Shown one piece after another: positions 1 to 9,371 of a stretch of 64,000 bases of DNA; position 1 is the stretch's first letter; each line of letters opens with the position of its first letter. The stretch is taken from the NCBI GenBank assembly GCA_963726255.1, contig CAVSBL010000002.1, positions 576,001 to 640,000 on the forward strand. The letters run 5' to 3'. Made by a program: the position numbers and the translations under genes. The stretch is from Candidatus Bathyarchaeota archaeon. Its GTDB lineage: Archaea > Thermoproteota > Bathyarchaeia > 40CM-2-53-6. Below the pieces are notes generated by a model, which was not told the origin of the DNA, ran no database searches, and worked only from the letters and a program-made list of their open reading frames with translations.

Positions 1-145
1 GGAACAGCCCGTGCTGGCCCCATCCTTTGTCCGCAGCTGGAAGTATTTTCTGGGTGCCGAAAATTGTTTCATTGAACCACCCGAACTTCAGTGCGCAAAC
101 CGTTAAAAGCTAAATGGTTCTCCTTTAGCCCGAAGGAAAATTTCT

Positions 146-2179
146 ATGAATACGAAAGCAGTAGCAAAATCTACCGCTGCGTTAGCCGTCATAGTGATAG
201 TTCTCGTTGCAGGACTGGCAGGCACGATCGTCTACTACAGCTCACGTGGACCGTCTGGGCCAACGACGCCTAGTGTTCCGACACCAGGCTTTGTCTCGTC
301 ATCAACAATGGTCAATGAAGGAGGAAACGAGTTTCAGTGGCTTGACCCGGCCGTTTCCTACTACCAATGGGATTACCAAATTCTGAACAACCAGTATGAG
401 ACGCTGCTCTGGTACAATGGCGCTAGTAGCACGGAGATCATACCATGGCTCGCAGATAGCTATACGCAAGTATCGCCGACTCAGTACACTTTCAAGCTAC
501 GCCAAGGAATCAACTTCCAAGACGGAACGCCATTCAATGCTCAGGCCGTCTGGTTCAGCCTGAACCGTCTTCTAATAATGGACGGTGGAAGCGGAACGGG
601 CGACCACGGAACACAGGCCGCTTGGATCGTAGAGCAGTTGCTTGACACAAGTCCGAACACGTTCGCCTACTTCGGTGCAAGTCCGGCTTATGATCCGACG
701 TGGGTTCAAACTGTTCTCGGCTTCAACTTCGTTCAAATAGTCGACCCATACACGATTAACATCAACATCAAGAATCCTACGACCCAATTTCCGTATCTGC
801 TGGCGAACGTATGGGCGGACATATTGTCGCCCTCTTTTGTCGTTTCGCATGACTTCCCATCAGCGTGCAAAACTACTGACTGCCCCTCAGACAGCATTGA
901 TTACACCGCCTACTTCAACCACATCGCCGGACACGGCGACGTATCCATGAACTACCTCAACCTGCCAACAACTGGCGCCAAGGCTGGTACAGGACCGTAT
1001 TACATCGACAGCGTGAACCCGACCACCTACGAGGTCGTCATGAAGGCCGCCCCAACCTACTGGGGTGGACCCAGCAACTGGAGCGGTCCTAAGATCAGTG
1101 TGTCAGTAAAGACCTTGGACTTCGTATACGTCCCTGACTTGTCCACACGAATACTCGATGCAAAGGCCGGGAAGGCAACTGAAATCGGTGTCTCTGCCGC
1201 AGACATTTATTCAGTCGCTGACAGAACTCAGTGGCTTTCAAACGGCAAGCTCATCTCAGTCATACCTGGAGTGTCACTCTATGGGCCGTATCCGCAATTC
1301 GTAACGACATGGTACAGTTACCTAACGAACGTGACAGATGCCACTGGAGCCATACGAAAGTTCCAGCCATTCGCCGACGTTCGATGGAGGCTTGCGGTTG
1401 CGGACTCCGTGAACATTACGGATGCAGACATCAACATCGCCAATAGACTGTGGACACCACCGAATCAAATGATCCCGATCGGAACAGCGCCCGATGGTTC
1501 GTACAACCCGGACACCACACCAATATACAGTTTCGACATCGCAAAGATGACCGCCCTAATCAAGGATGCCTGCGCTAACCCCTTGACCAGCTTCGTCGAC
1601 GTGAATGGTCACCCGTATCCGGCGGGCACAATTGATAACTCATGCAACCCCAAGAACCCACAGATCATACCGATGCAAGTGGGCACAGCAGACCAAACCA
1701 ACCAGCGCATAATGGCTGCAATGGCGGCCAACCTGAACAAAGTATCAACGGCACTCGGCGTGACCTTCACGATTGTTCCGGTTCCTGGAGGACAGTACTA
1801 CACCAACGCCGCGAAACACCAGATATACTTCTACAGAGCAGGATGGGTGGCTGACTACAACCATCTCCTCGACTGGCTGGGGCCAATGTTCTTGGCCAGC
1901 GGAGCATATCCAGCATGGCATAACATGAACTACACAGTACTCAACAACCTAGTCAACGACGCAATTGACGCAGACGCGAAGGGCGACGCTCAGAGACTGC
2001 TCAACGACAACAACCAGATACAGAACTATGCGAACCAGATCGTCGAATACATGTACATTGAGTACCCACTGAACTATTACGTGGAATCCTCATTCATACA
2101 AGGCTTCTACTACAACGCAGCGATGAACGTGGAATATTACGGTACGTGGACCTACACAACTACTCTGAGTTCCACTTAG
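146..2179 (+). CDS. ABC transporter substrate-binding protein, family 5 (oligo/dipeptide type)
   Basis: N-terminal TM anchor and Pro/Thr linker; family-5 signatures LDPA, YETLL, PWLADSY, YTFKLRQGINFQDGTPFNA and GTGPY; first gene of a dpp-like operon. Confidence 0.92.
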   Translation: MNTKAVAKSTAALAVIVIVLVAGLAGTIVYYSSRGPSGPTTPSVPTPGFVSSSTMVNEGGNEFQWLDPAVSYYQWDYQILNNQYETLLWYNGASSTEIIPWLADSYTQVSPTQYTFKLRQGINFQDGTPFNAQAVWFSLNRLLIMDGGSGTGDHGTQAAWIVEQLLDTSPNTFAYFGASPAYDPTWVQTVLGFNFVQIVDPYTININIKNPTTQFPYLLANVWADILSPSFVVSHDFPSACKTTDCPSDSIDYTAYFNHIAGHGDVSMNYLNLPTTGAKAGTGPYYIDSVNPTTYEVVMKAAPTYWGGPSNWSGPKISVSVKTLDFVYVPDLSTRILDAKAGKATEIGVSAADIYSVADRTQWLSNGKLISVIPGVSLYGPYPQFVTTWYSYLTNVTDATGAIRKFQPFADVRWRLAVADSVNITDADINIANRLWTPPNQMIPIGTAPDGSYNPDTTPIYSFDIAKMTALIKDACANPLTSFVDVNGHPYPAGTIDNSCNPKNPQIIPMQVGTADQTNQRIMAAMAANLNKVSTALGVTFTIVPVPGGQYYTNAAKHQIYFYRAGWVADYNHLLDWLGPMFLASGAYPAWHNMNYTVLNNLVNDAIDADAKGDAQRLLNDNNQIQNYANQIVEYMYIEYPLNYYVESSFIQGFYYNAAMNVEYYGTWTYTTTLSST

Positions 2180-2201
2180 AGGGCCATCGCAGCCCTCCCC
2201 C

Positions 2202-2214
2202 TTTCCCTTTTTTT
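2202..2214 (+). terminator. Oligo-T tract, archaeal-type terminator or attenuator after the SBP gene
   Basis: TTTCCCTTTTTTT about 20 nt after the stop codon. Confidence 0.5.
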
Positions 2215-2287
2215 GGTACCCACCGAAAGATATACAGGCGTGACTCGTTGCTCGTATGGCAAGAACTGACGCAAAGGTGTTTTCGCA

Positions 2288-3325
2288 TTGAAAATCTACG
2301 AGTACGTAATCAGACGACTGGCCTTGATGGTTTTCGTCTTATTCGGCGTAAGCGCAATAGTCTTTTACTTGGCCAGGGGATTCCCCTCAGCGTTCGCCCC
2401 TTGGGCGCAGTACATAACATTCAGGATGAAACCGGCCCAGATTGAAGCTGTAATCAAAGCCCACGGCTTCGACCAACCCCTCTACATTCAATACTGGTAC
2501 TGGTTGCAGGACGTGTTCCACGGCGACTGGGGGTACTCAAACTGGGCGAATGGTCTGCCAACATTCGAGGTGTTCGCCTCACGGTTTCCATTCACTATTG
2601 AGTTGACTATTGCCGCAACAATACTTACCGTCGCGATCGGCATTCCTCTTGGAATTCTTTCCGCCTTGAAGAATAACACAGCAGCAGACCACGCGTCTAG
2701 GATAATTGCCCTGACCGGCTACTCCACGCCGTCGTACTGGTTCGCCTACATCTTGCAGCTAGTTTTCTTCTACTATTTCTACACATGGGGTCTCCCGAAC
2801 CTACCCAGCGGAGGCGTAATCAGCCAGAACCTGTCCGGCGCCGTACCAGCAGTCACTGGCCTCCCAATCATTGACGGCATAATTGCTGGCAATCTGACTT
2901 ACACCGCCGACGCTTTTGCGCACGTAATCCTTCCCGCGTTCAATTTGGCTTTCATAAGCTTGGGATACCTTGCTCGAATCGTACGAGCGAGCATGCTCGA
3001 GGTTCTTCGACAAGATTACATAATTATGGCGCGCTCGAAAGGGCTGTCTGAGCGAATAGTGATTTACCGACACGCGCTTCGCAACGCGCTCATACCCGCA
3101 ATGACGCTTACGGGGCTCTTCTTCGCAGGTTTGCTTGGCGGTGCTATAATTACCGAAACTGTCTTCTCGTGGCCGGGGGTTGGCAACGTTTCATTGCGAG
3201 CCGTCTTTCAGGGGGACAGCAATTTCTTACTTCTTTACAGCTTAGTCACCGCATTGATCATCGTCGCGTCGAACTTGGTCGTGGATGTAATGTACGTTTT
3301 TCTGGACCCGAGGATAAAGTACTAG
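2288..3325 (+). CDS. dppB: Peptide ABC transporter permease
   Basis: YVIRRL N-terminus, DQPLYIQY, EAA-like loop ARSKGLSERIVIYRHALRNA, ETVFSWPG, LDPRIKY C-terminus. Confidence 0.93.
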   Translation: MKIYEYVIRRLALMVFVLFGVSAIVFYLARGFPSAFAPWAQYITFRMKPAQIEAVIKAHGFDQPLYIQYWYWLQDVFHGDWGYSNWANGLPTFEVFASRFPFTIELTIAATILTVAIGIPLGILSALKNNTAADHASRIIALTGYSTPSYWFAYILQLVFFYYFYTWGLPNLPSGGVISQNLSGAVPAVTGLPIIDGIIAGNLTYTADAFAHVILPAFNLAFISLGYLARIVRASMLEVLRQDYIIMARSKGLSERIVIYRHALRNALIPAMTLTGLFFAGLLGGAIITETVFSWPGVGNVSLRAVFQGDSNFLLLYSLVTALIIVASNLVVDVMYVFLDPRIKY

Positions 3326-4277
3326 GTGGCTGCAATGACTGTGGAAACTACGGTTACCGAGGTTAGAGAGAGCGAGACTAAAGCTAGGATTGCGGAGCTT
3401 AAGTATGCGATTTACTTGATGCGCCAGAACCCACTTGTCCTCGCCGGTTCAGTTCTGGTCATATTCTTCGTTTTTATCAGTCTTACCGCGACTCTCCTCG
3501 TGAGCCCCGACACTGCTGACCGGCTTATTTTTACGAGGAGTTACTGCTGGTCTAGCTCTGTTTTTTCGTGGACATCGCTTGCGGCAGTCTGCCCTGCTGG
3601 AACCTTCCTACCATTGGGAACGGACGGGTATGGAAGAAGCGTTCTAGACATGATCGTTCTTGCCATTCCGTTGGACCTATCGATCGCCTTCATAATTGTC
3701 ATAATATCGACCGCCTTCGGGATGGTCCTTGGGTCAGTAGCGGGTTGGATAGGTGGGAAATTCGACGAAGCCATTCTCAGAATCACTGACATATTCTTCG
3801 CATTTCCAGGCCTTGTCTTGGCCCTCGTATTTGCCGCACTTTTTGGACGAACGATTGAAACCCTCACCATCGCAGTCCTGCTGGTCTGGTGGCCAACGTA
3901 TGTCAGGTTATCGCGAGGCCAAGTCCTCGTTGAAAAGGAGAAAACATACGTAGAAGCACTGAAGGCGCTTGGAGTACACCCATCGAGGATTGTGCTGTTT
4001 CACGTTATACCGAACTCAATTTACCCCATAATCGTTCAAATGTCGCTTGACATAGGTGGCGTCATTCTGACCTTTTCGGCTCTGATGTTTCTAGGCTTCT
4101 CACCCAGCCCCGCACTTCCTGAACTAGGTAACCTCGCATCAGACGGCATCGGCCACGTCTTCACAGCGCCATGGCTTATCGTGTTCCCGGGACTTACAAT
4201 TCTCGTAATCGCGTCTGGCATTCAACCTGGTTGGGGACGGACTCAGGGACATTCTTGACCCAAGACTCAGGCGGTAA
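3326..4277 (+). CDS. dppC: Peptide ABC transporter permease; one extra base near 4214
   Basis: LGTDGYGR and HVIPN motifs; the conserved tail FNLVGDGLRDILDPRLRR* lies in another frame (4221-4277). Confidence 0.9.
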
Positions 4278-4281
4278 GCAT

Positions 4282-5370
4282 ATGGCCGCCAAGGGTGAGT
4301 CCCTCCTCGAAACCCGAGATCTAACGGTCAATTTTCACACGTACCGCGGCGAAGTAAAGGCGCTAGATCACGTCCAACTAAGTCTCTACCCACACGAAGT
4401 GCTCGCCCTGGTAGGAGAGTCGGGCTGCGGAAAATCCGTTACAGCCCTTACAATTCTCGGCCTCCTCCCAGGCAATGCTCACGTATTAGAAGGACAAGTC
4501 CTCTACAAGGGTGAGGACCTGCTCAAGAAGACCCCCGAACAAATGCGGGAAATCCGAGCGGAAGGGATCGCGGCAATCTTCCAGGATCCCATGACCTTTC
4601 TCAATCCTGTCCTCACGGTCGGCGTTCAACTGAAAGAAGCGTTCCTAGTTCAAAAGCACCTCTGGACGGCTCAGACACGCGACAAGTCAGCAACCGGAGC
4701 AGTAGATGCGCAAATTAAGGGATTCCTACTCGAAAAAGAAACCGAAAAGGAAGGTTCAAAGCGAGAATCCGGAAGGGAAAGGGAGAAAATGGCTGAAGAA
4801 CTCTCGAAAGATATACTGAAGCTCGTGCGGATTGCGGATCCTGAGCGAATATTGACTCAATACCCCCATGAATTGTCAGGTGGTATGCGCCAGCGGTGCA
4901 TGATCGCGATGGCTTTGGCGAGACGGCCTTCGATCATCGTTGCTGATGAAATCACAACTGCTCTCGATGTTACGGTACAAGCTCAGATACTGACTTTGCT
5001 TAAGGAGCTAAGAGATACCATTGACGCTTCTTCGATTCTCATAACCCATGACTTGTCGGTCGCTGCGGAAACAGCCGACAGAATCGCTGTGATGTACGCC
5101 GGCCACGTAGTGGAGGTGGCGTCCACAATTGAGTTGTTCAGAAAGCCCTTGCACCCATATACTCAGCTACTGATGAAATGCATCCCTGACGTTAGGAAAC
5201 CCGTAACGCACCTCGAATCAATCAGCGGTACCGTTCCCGACCTAATCGATCCACCTACGGGATGTAGGTTCCACCCCCGATGCCCATTTGCGATGGAGGT
5301 TTGCAGGACAACTAAGCCGGTCCTAAAGGACATAGGGAACGGCCACCTGGTGCACTGCCACCTATATTGA
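4282..5370 (+). CDS. dppD: Peptide ABC transporter ATP-binding subunit
   Basis: GESGCGKS Walker A, LSGGMRQR signature, C-terminal GCRFHPRC...CHLY; ATG at 4282 follows the corrected dppC stop. Confidence 0.93.
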   Translation: MAAKGESLLETRDLTVNFHTYRGEVKALDHVQLSLYPHEVLALVGESGCGKSVTALTILGLLPGNAHVLEGQVLYKGEDLLKKTPEQMREIRAEGIAAIFQDPMTFLNPVLTVGVQLKEAFLVQKHLWTAQTRDKSATGAVDAQIKGFLLEKETEKEGSKRESGREREKMAEELSKDILKLVRIADPERILTQYPHELSGGMRQRCMIAMALARRPSIIVADEITTALDVTVQAQILTLLKELRDTIDASSILITHDLSVAAETADRIAVMYAGHVVEVASTIELFRKPLHPYTQLLMKCIPDVRKPVTHLESISGTVPDLIDPPTGCRFHPRCPFAMEVCRTTKPVLKDIGNGHLVHCHLY

Positions 5371-5383
5371 GGATGAAAAAACC

Positions 5384-6403
5384 TTGCCAGACGAAATTCT
5401 AGTCGTGAAGGACCTAAAGACTTGGTTCCCAATCAAAGCCGGGTTACTTCAGAAAACCGTAGGCCATGTCCGGGCTGTAGACGGCGTCGACCTTGAAGTG
5501 AGAAAAGGCGAAACTTTCGGTTTAGTCGGCGAATCTGGTTCGGGGAAAACCACGCTTGGAAAGAGCGTCCTCAGACTGATCAAACCGACCGACGGTCAAG
5601 TATACTTCGACAGCATCGATGTAACGAAGGCCACGAAGAAGGAGCTTATGCTACTACGACGCCGCATGCAAATCATCTTCCAAGATCCCTATGCCTCCCT
5701 CGATCCTCGGCAGACCGTAGGCTCGACGCTTGTTGAGCCCATGAGATTACACAAACTAGTGTCAACGAAGTCAGAGGCCATGAAACGTGCCAAAGAACTC
5801 CTGCTTAGAGTAGGCCTCAACGAAGAACATCTTTTCCGGTTCCCTCATGAGTTTAGCGGAGGGCAGAGGCAGAGAATCGCAGTTGCGCGAGCATTGGCCG
5901 TTGACCCAGATTTTATTATACTGGATGAGCCCACATCATTCCTTGATGTCTCAGTGCAAGCCCAGGTCCTGGACTTGCTGAAACAATTACAGAAGGAACT
6001 AGGCCTTACCTACGTCTTCATTTCCCATAACCTAAGCGTTGTTCAGTACATGAGCGACCGAGTCGGCGTGATGTATTTGGGGAAACTTGTGGAGGACGCT
6101 GAACGTGATGTGCTTTACAAGTATCCTGAGCATCCCTACAGCTACTTCTTGATGGAAGCGATACCAGTACCCGACCCCGAATACAAGAAGGTTCCAAAGC
6201 TCCTATCAGGGGATGTCCCAAGCCCAGTCAACATACCCCCCGGATGCCGATTCAACCCCCGTTGCCCATATGCCACTGACAAATGTCGGTCAGGCGACAT
6301 GCCATTTTACACGGGGTCCGGAGGTAGCTACCACCGTGTGGCCTGCCACTACAAAGTCGATTTTGACAGCGGAAGCGAAGTCCTTAGGCCTCAAATGAAC
6401 TGA
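5384..6403 (+). CDS. dppF: Peptide ABC transporter ATP-binding subunit
   Basis: [31 protein letters not shown]. Confidence 0.93.
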   Translation: MPDEILVVKDLKTWFPIKAGLLQKTVGHVRAVDGVDLEVRKGETFGLVGESGSGKTTLGKSVLRLIKPTDGQVYFDSIDVTKATKKELMLLRRRMQIIFQDPYASLDPRQTVGSTLVEPMRLHKLVSTKSEAMKRAKELLLRVGLNEEHLFRFPHEFSGGQRQRIAVARALAVDPDFIILDEPTSFLDVSVQAQVLDLLKQLQKELGLTYVFISHNLSVVQYMSDRVGVMYLGKLVEDAERDVLYKYPEHPYSYFLMEAIPVPDPEYKKVPKLLSGDVPSPVNIPPGCRFNPRCPYATDKCRSGDMPFYTGSGGSYHRVACHYKVDFDSGSEVLRPQMN

Positions 6404-6430
6404 TTGCGAATATTCCGACAAAGTGCCAAG

Positions 6431-6968
6431 CTAAGAGGCGGCTCTGCGAGAACGTCGGTAAGCTATCGCCATGAAGGTGGCGAAGGCCACGGCCAGAGTC
6501 GCGGCGCTTCCCCAGAGCAATGCCTGTGTAAGAGACTCTGTGTGGAAGTTAAGAAGCGCCAGTTGACTGAGATTCCAAGCCATGATGAGCGCGAAACGCG
6601 GTTGAAAGTACGTAGCCCCCTGTTCTTGGATTCGGCACCGTCCTCGCGAAGAGAACTATTGCGAGGGATGAAAGCAACTTCGCGGCGACGAAGACCGTCG
6701 GTCCTGTGCTCAAGACTAAGGGATTTATTTCGTAGTTCCAGCTTGCGATCGTAACCGAAGCATCTAGCGTGTTTAGAACGGCGGCTATCAAGCAGGATAG
6801 TCCTTTGGCTTGGCTGCCCACCCATCCTGCCCAGAGCATCGCGACGCCTATGAATACGACCAACAACCCTTCAAGGTGTCCAGCCACAGAGGCCCCGAAT
6901 CCCCCCACAACAAAGAGCAAGCCGAGGAGGACGAGCCCCACGGACATCGGCGCCATGACTCTTTCCAT
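6431..6968 (-). CDS. Small multi-TM membrane protein (D..T...E.NPL, DUF5658-like); one extra base near 6594-6596
   Basis: Hydrophobic ORF; removing one T continues it as FALIMAWNLSQ...AYRRSRRAAS* to 6431. Confidence 0.6.
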
Positions 6969-7114
6969 TGTTGAATGCGACTTGCCATCCCACTTTCATT
7001 AACTTGCCGTCCCCCCTACAGCAAAGAACCCAAAATTCCGTAACATGTCGAACCCAGTCGAGGTTTGAAATTGGTCGCCTTATATCGGGGGCCGCTCTTC
7101 AGTAAGTGAAAGGA

Positions 7115-7282
7115 ATGTCGCCCCTTTTGGCAAGTGACGACAAAATCAGGGACGAAAACGCGGTCCACCTAGAGTGGCGAGACTATGTCGCAATCACGAT
7201 CGCGACATTCGAAACGACACTATTGCCAATCCTAGTTACGGTTGCAGTGTTGATACTCGTCGTCTTGCTACTAAGGTGGTAG
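7115..7282 (+). CDS. 55-aa membrane microprotein (below the ORF-track cutoff)
   Basis: MSPLLASDDKIRDENAVHLEWRDYVAITIATFETTLLPILVTVAVLILVVLLLRW*; TTATAT box at ~7080. Confidence 0.55.
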   Translation: MSPLLASDDKIRDENAVHLEWRDYVAITIATFETTLLPILVTVAVLILVVLLLRW

Positions 7283-8539
7283 CATAAACTCAGACCCATT
7301 GGCAGCAGACTGTTGTAACTCTGAAGTACCAGGCTGTTGCGCCGGAGCCTTTTGGCGGAGAATTACTCTGCCCGCGTCAGGTATTACTGAAATAGTTGAC
7401 CCAAAGCCCAAGACGCGTTGGGCTGTCTGAAGAGCTGCGTTAACCGTTGGTGCGGCCTTCATACCGAAGATGTTCTCCACGTAGTAGTCGGGGATCGTTG
7501 AGACGAAGTATATTCGATGTGCAACAAGCGTTCTCCGAAGAAATGCTGCTTTAGAACCATTATAATTGAAGTGGTGTCGAAGCCTCGCCTCCAGATGGTG
7601 AGCCTCCCTCTTTTCCGCACACCACTGGTAGAACTCCGTGTCACCATGTCCTTTTCCGCACTCAGCCGCAACAATCAACGCCCCATTTCTCTTGAGAGCC
7701 TCAATTCCCACAGGGAATATCTCAATTGCTTCAAGGAGCGATTCGTCCTGGGGTATCCCGCCAACGCTCATGATTACAATGTCAGCGGCTTTCGCAACAT
7801 CTCTGCAACATGCAGTTTGCATTGCGTTGCCAAGGGTCAACATGGAATCCGATAGGGTTCCGAATGCGAGTTGGAGGGGGCTTCCTTCAGAACCGAGAAC
7901 CATCCCTAACGCGAAGACGTCGCCCGCTGAGGTAGTAATCTGCAGTCTTTCCTTACGGAGGTCCGACATTGAGAAGCCAGCACCTCTAGTTAGATGACTC
8001 TGTACAGATTTCTCAGAGGCTAAACCAGGAAAAACTATGTCACATAGCCCGGAATACTGGAGGTAAGGATGCGGTTTCAGTTCCCCTACTATGATTCTAA
8101 GGTCGGAAGTCATGTATTCTGAGTTAAGCTGAGGTGGGAAGTCACCGTTGAGGTTTTCGACGGGAGTCGTAGGTGACCCTTGTGGCTGATGATGCTCAAT
8201 CCTTGTTTCAGGGAACAAGTTCGGGTCTAATTCAGGCGCTCCTTTCGTACAGAGAATGGTGGTTGGTGCAAGTGAGTATTGTGCTAAGTTCTCATGCAGC
8301 GTTTTGACCAAGTCGATGGCCAATTGCCTATTACCGCAAGAGCCCAATGACACACATATCCTCTTTGCCTCCTTCACCTGGGTCTGGAAGCGTCCGTTCG
8401 TATCGATGAGTCTCCTCGTTTCGGCCAGAGGGTCCGGGACAGCTGTCGCTTCCGGAATGTTGAAGATTTCCACCAACCTCTCCTCAGGCACACGTAGGGG
8501 GATCTGGGAAGACCCGTACGGTAGCCAGACCTCCACCAC
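7271..8539 (-). CDS. Lactate racemase (LarA/DUF2088)-like protein with degenerate active-site motifs
   Basis: VWLPYG N-terminus, PHPYLQYSG...FPGLA, ADIVIMSVGGIPQD, LIVAAECGKGHG, ISVIPDAG. Confidence 0.75.
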   Translation of the reverse strand: MVEVWLPYGSSQIPLRVPEERLVEIFNIPEATAVPDPLAETRRLIDTNGRFQTQVKEAKRICVSLGSCGNRQLAIDLVKTLHENLAQYSLAPTTILCTKGAPELDPNLFPETRIEHHQPQGSPTTPVENLNGDFPPQLNSEYMTSDLRIIVGELKPHPYLQYSGLCDIVFPGLASEKSVQSHLTRGAGFSMSDLRKERLQITTSAGDVFALGMVLGSEGSPLQLAFGTLSDSMLTLGNAMQTACCRDVAKAADIVIMSVGGIPQDESLLEAIEIFPVGIEALKRNGALIVAAECGKGHGDTEFYQWCAEKREAHHLEARLRHHFNYNGSKAAFLRRTLVAHRIYFVSTIPDYYVENIFGMKAAPTVNAALQTAQRVLGFGSTISVIPDAGRVILRQKAPAQQPGTSELQQSAANGSEFMLPP

Positions 8540-8687
8540 GAAAAGACGCCTCGAAGGCAGCGTCGGAGTCGGGTCTGGTTAACGTTTCGGTCTCAACGAC
8601 GCTATGACACGACTTGGAATCGCTGGACGCTATTTGCAACAAAGAATAAACACATAGAATGGTGTTAGGAGAGCGGAGCAGTCAGAC

Positions 8688-9305
8688 GTGGACGCAAAGA
8701 ATCGCAGCGACAAGGAAGAACTATGTGACATTCTCCTAAGAACGGGGAGCCTGAAGTTCGGAACATTCAAGCTCGCGAGCGGTATCCTGAGCCCATATTA
8801 CGTTGACCTGCGAATTATCCCAAGCGACCCCGAAGCATTCCGAAGGGTGATTAACTACTACCTCGCCCTCGTTGAGCCGAACATGGTAAAACGTGTTCAG
8901 CGTTTGGCTGGCATACCAACTGCCGGCATCGCTTACGCGGCTGTGTTGGCGTTCAAACTCTCTAAGCCGTTCCTCTACGTTCGAAAGGAAGTGAAGGAAC
9001 ACGGACGTGAGCGAAGGATCGAAGGCCTTCTGCAACCAGGCGACAAGGTCCTAGTCTTAGATGATGTTGCGACTACGGGGAAGAATATCATAGAAGCTGC
9101 TGAGGCGATCCGAGCGGAGGGCGGAGTCGTTGAGGACGCCGTCGTGTTGCTGGATAGGCTGCAGGGAGGAGCGGTAAACCTTCGGAAGATTGACGTGAAG
9201 CTCCACGCTTTCACCACTATGAAACAAATCGCAGACAGGCTGGCGGCTTTGGGCACAATCGACGAAACTCAGCACAAGGCAATTGTCGGGCAGATCGTCA
9301 GCTAG
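8688..9305 (+). CDS. pyrE: Orotate phosphoribosyltransferase
   Basis: FGTFKLASG..SPYYVDLR, RKEVKEHG, PRPP motif VLVLDDVATTG. Confidence 0.95.
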   Translation: MDAKNRSDKEELCDILLRTGSLKFGTFKLASGILSPYYVDLRIIPSDPEAFRRVINYYLALVEPNMVKRVQRLAGIPTAGIAYAAVLAFKLSKPFLYVRKEVKEHGRERRIEGLLQPGDKVLVLDDVATTGKNIIEAAEAIRAEGGVVEDAVVLLDRLQGGAVNLRKIDVKLHAFTTMKQIADRLAALGTIDETQHKAIVGQIVS

Positions 9306-9371
9306 AAGCCAGATCGAGACGCGTGCTAACCAACGATCCGCACTTCGAACTCCGAATGGCTATGGCAAAAC

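Noticed and set aside
4205-4225. dppC frameshift as an intron or programmed frameshift
   Set aside because: Removing a single base restores the normal spacing; no BHB or slippery site; probable sequencing error
4650-4790. Charged insertion in DppD as an in-frame intron or intein
   Set aside because: Open, protein-like and in a variable region; no BHB ends or intein C/S...HN termini recognised
6590-6600. Frameshift in the membrane protein gene
   Set aside because: Single extra base in a short homopolymer; likely an error
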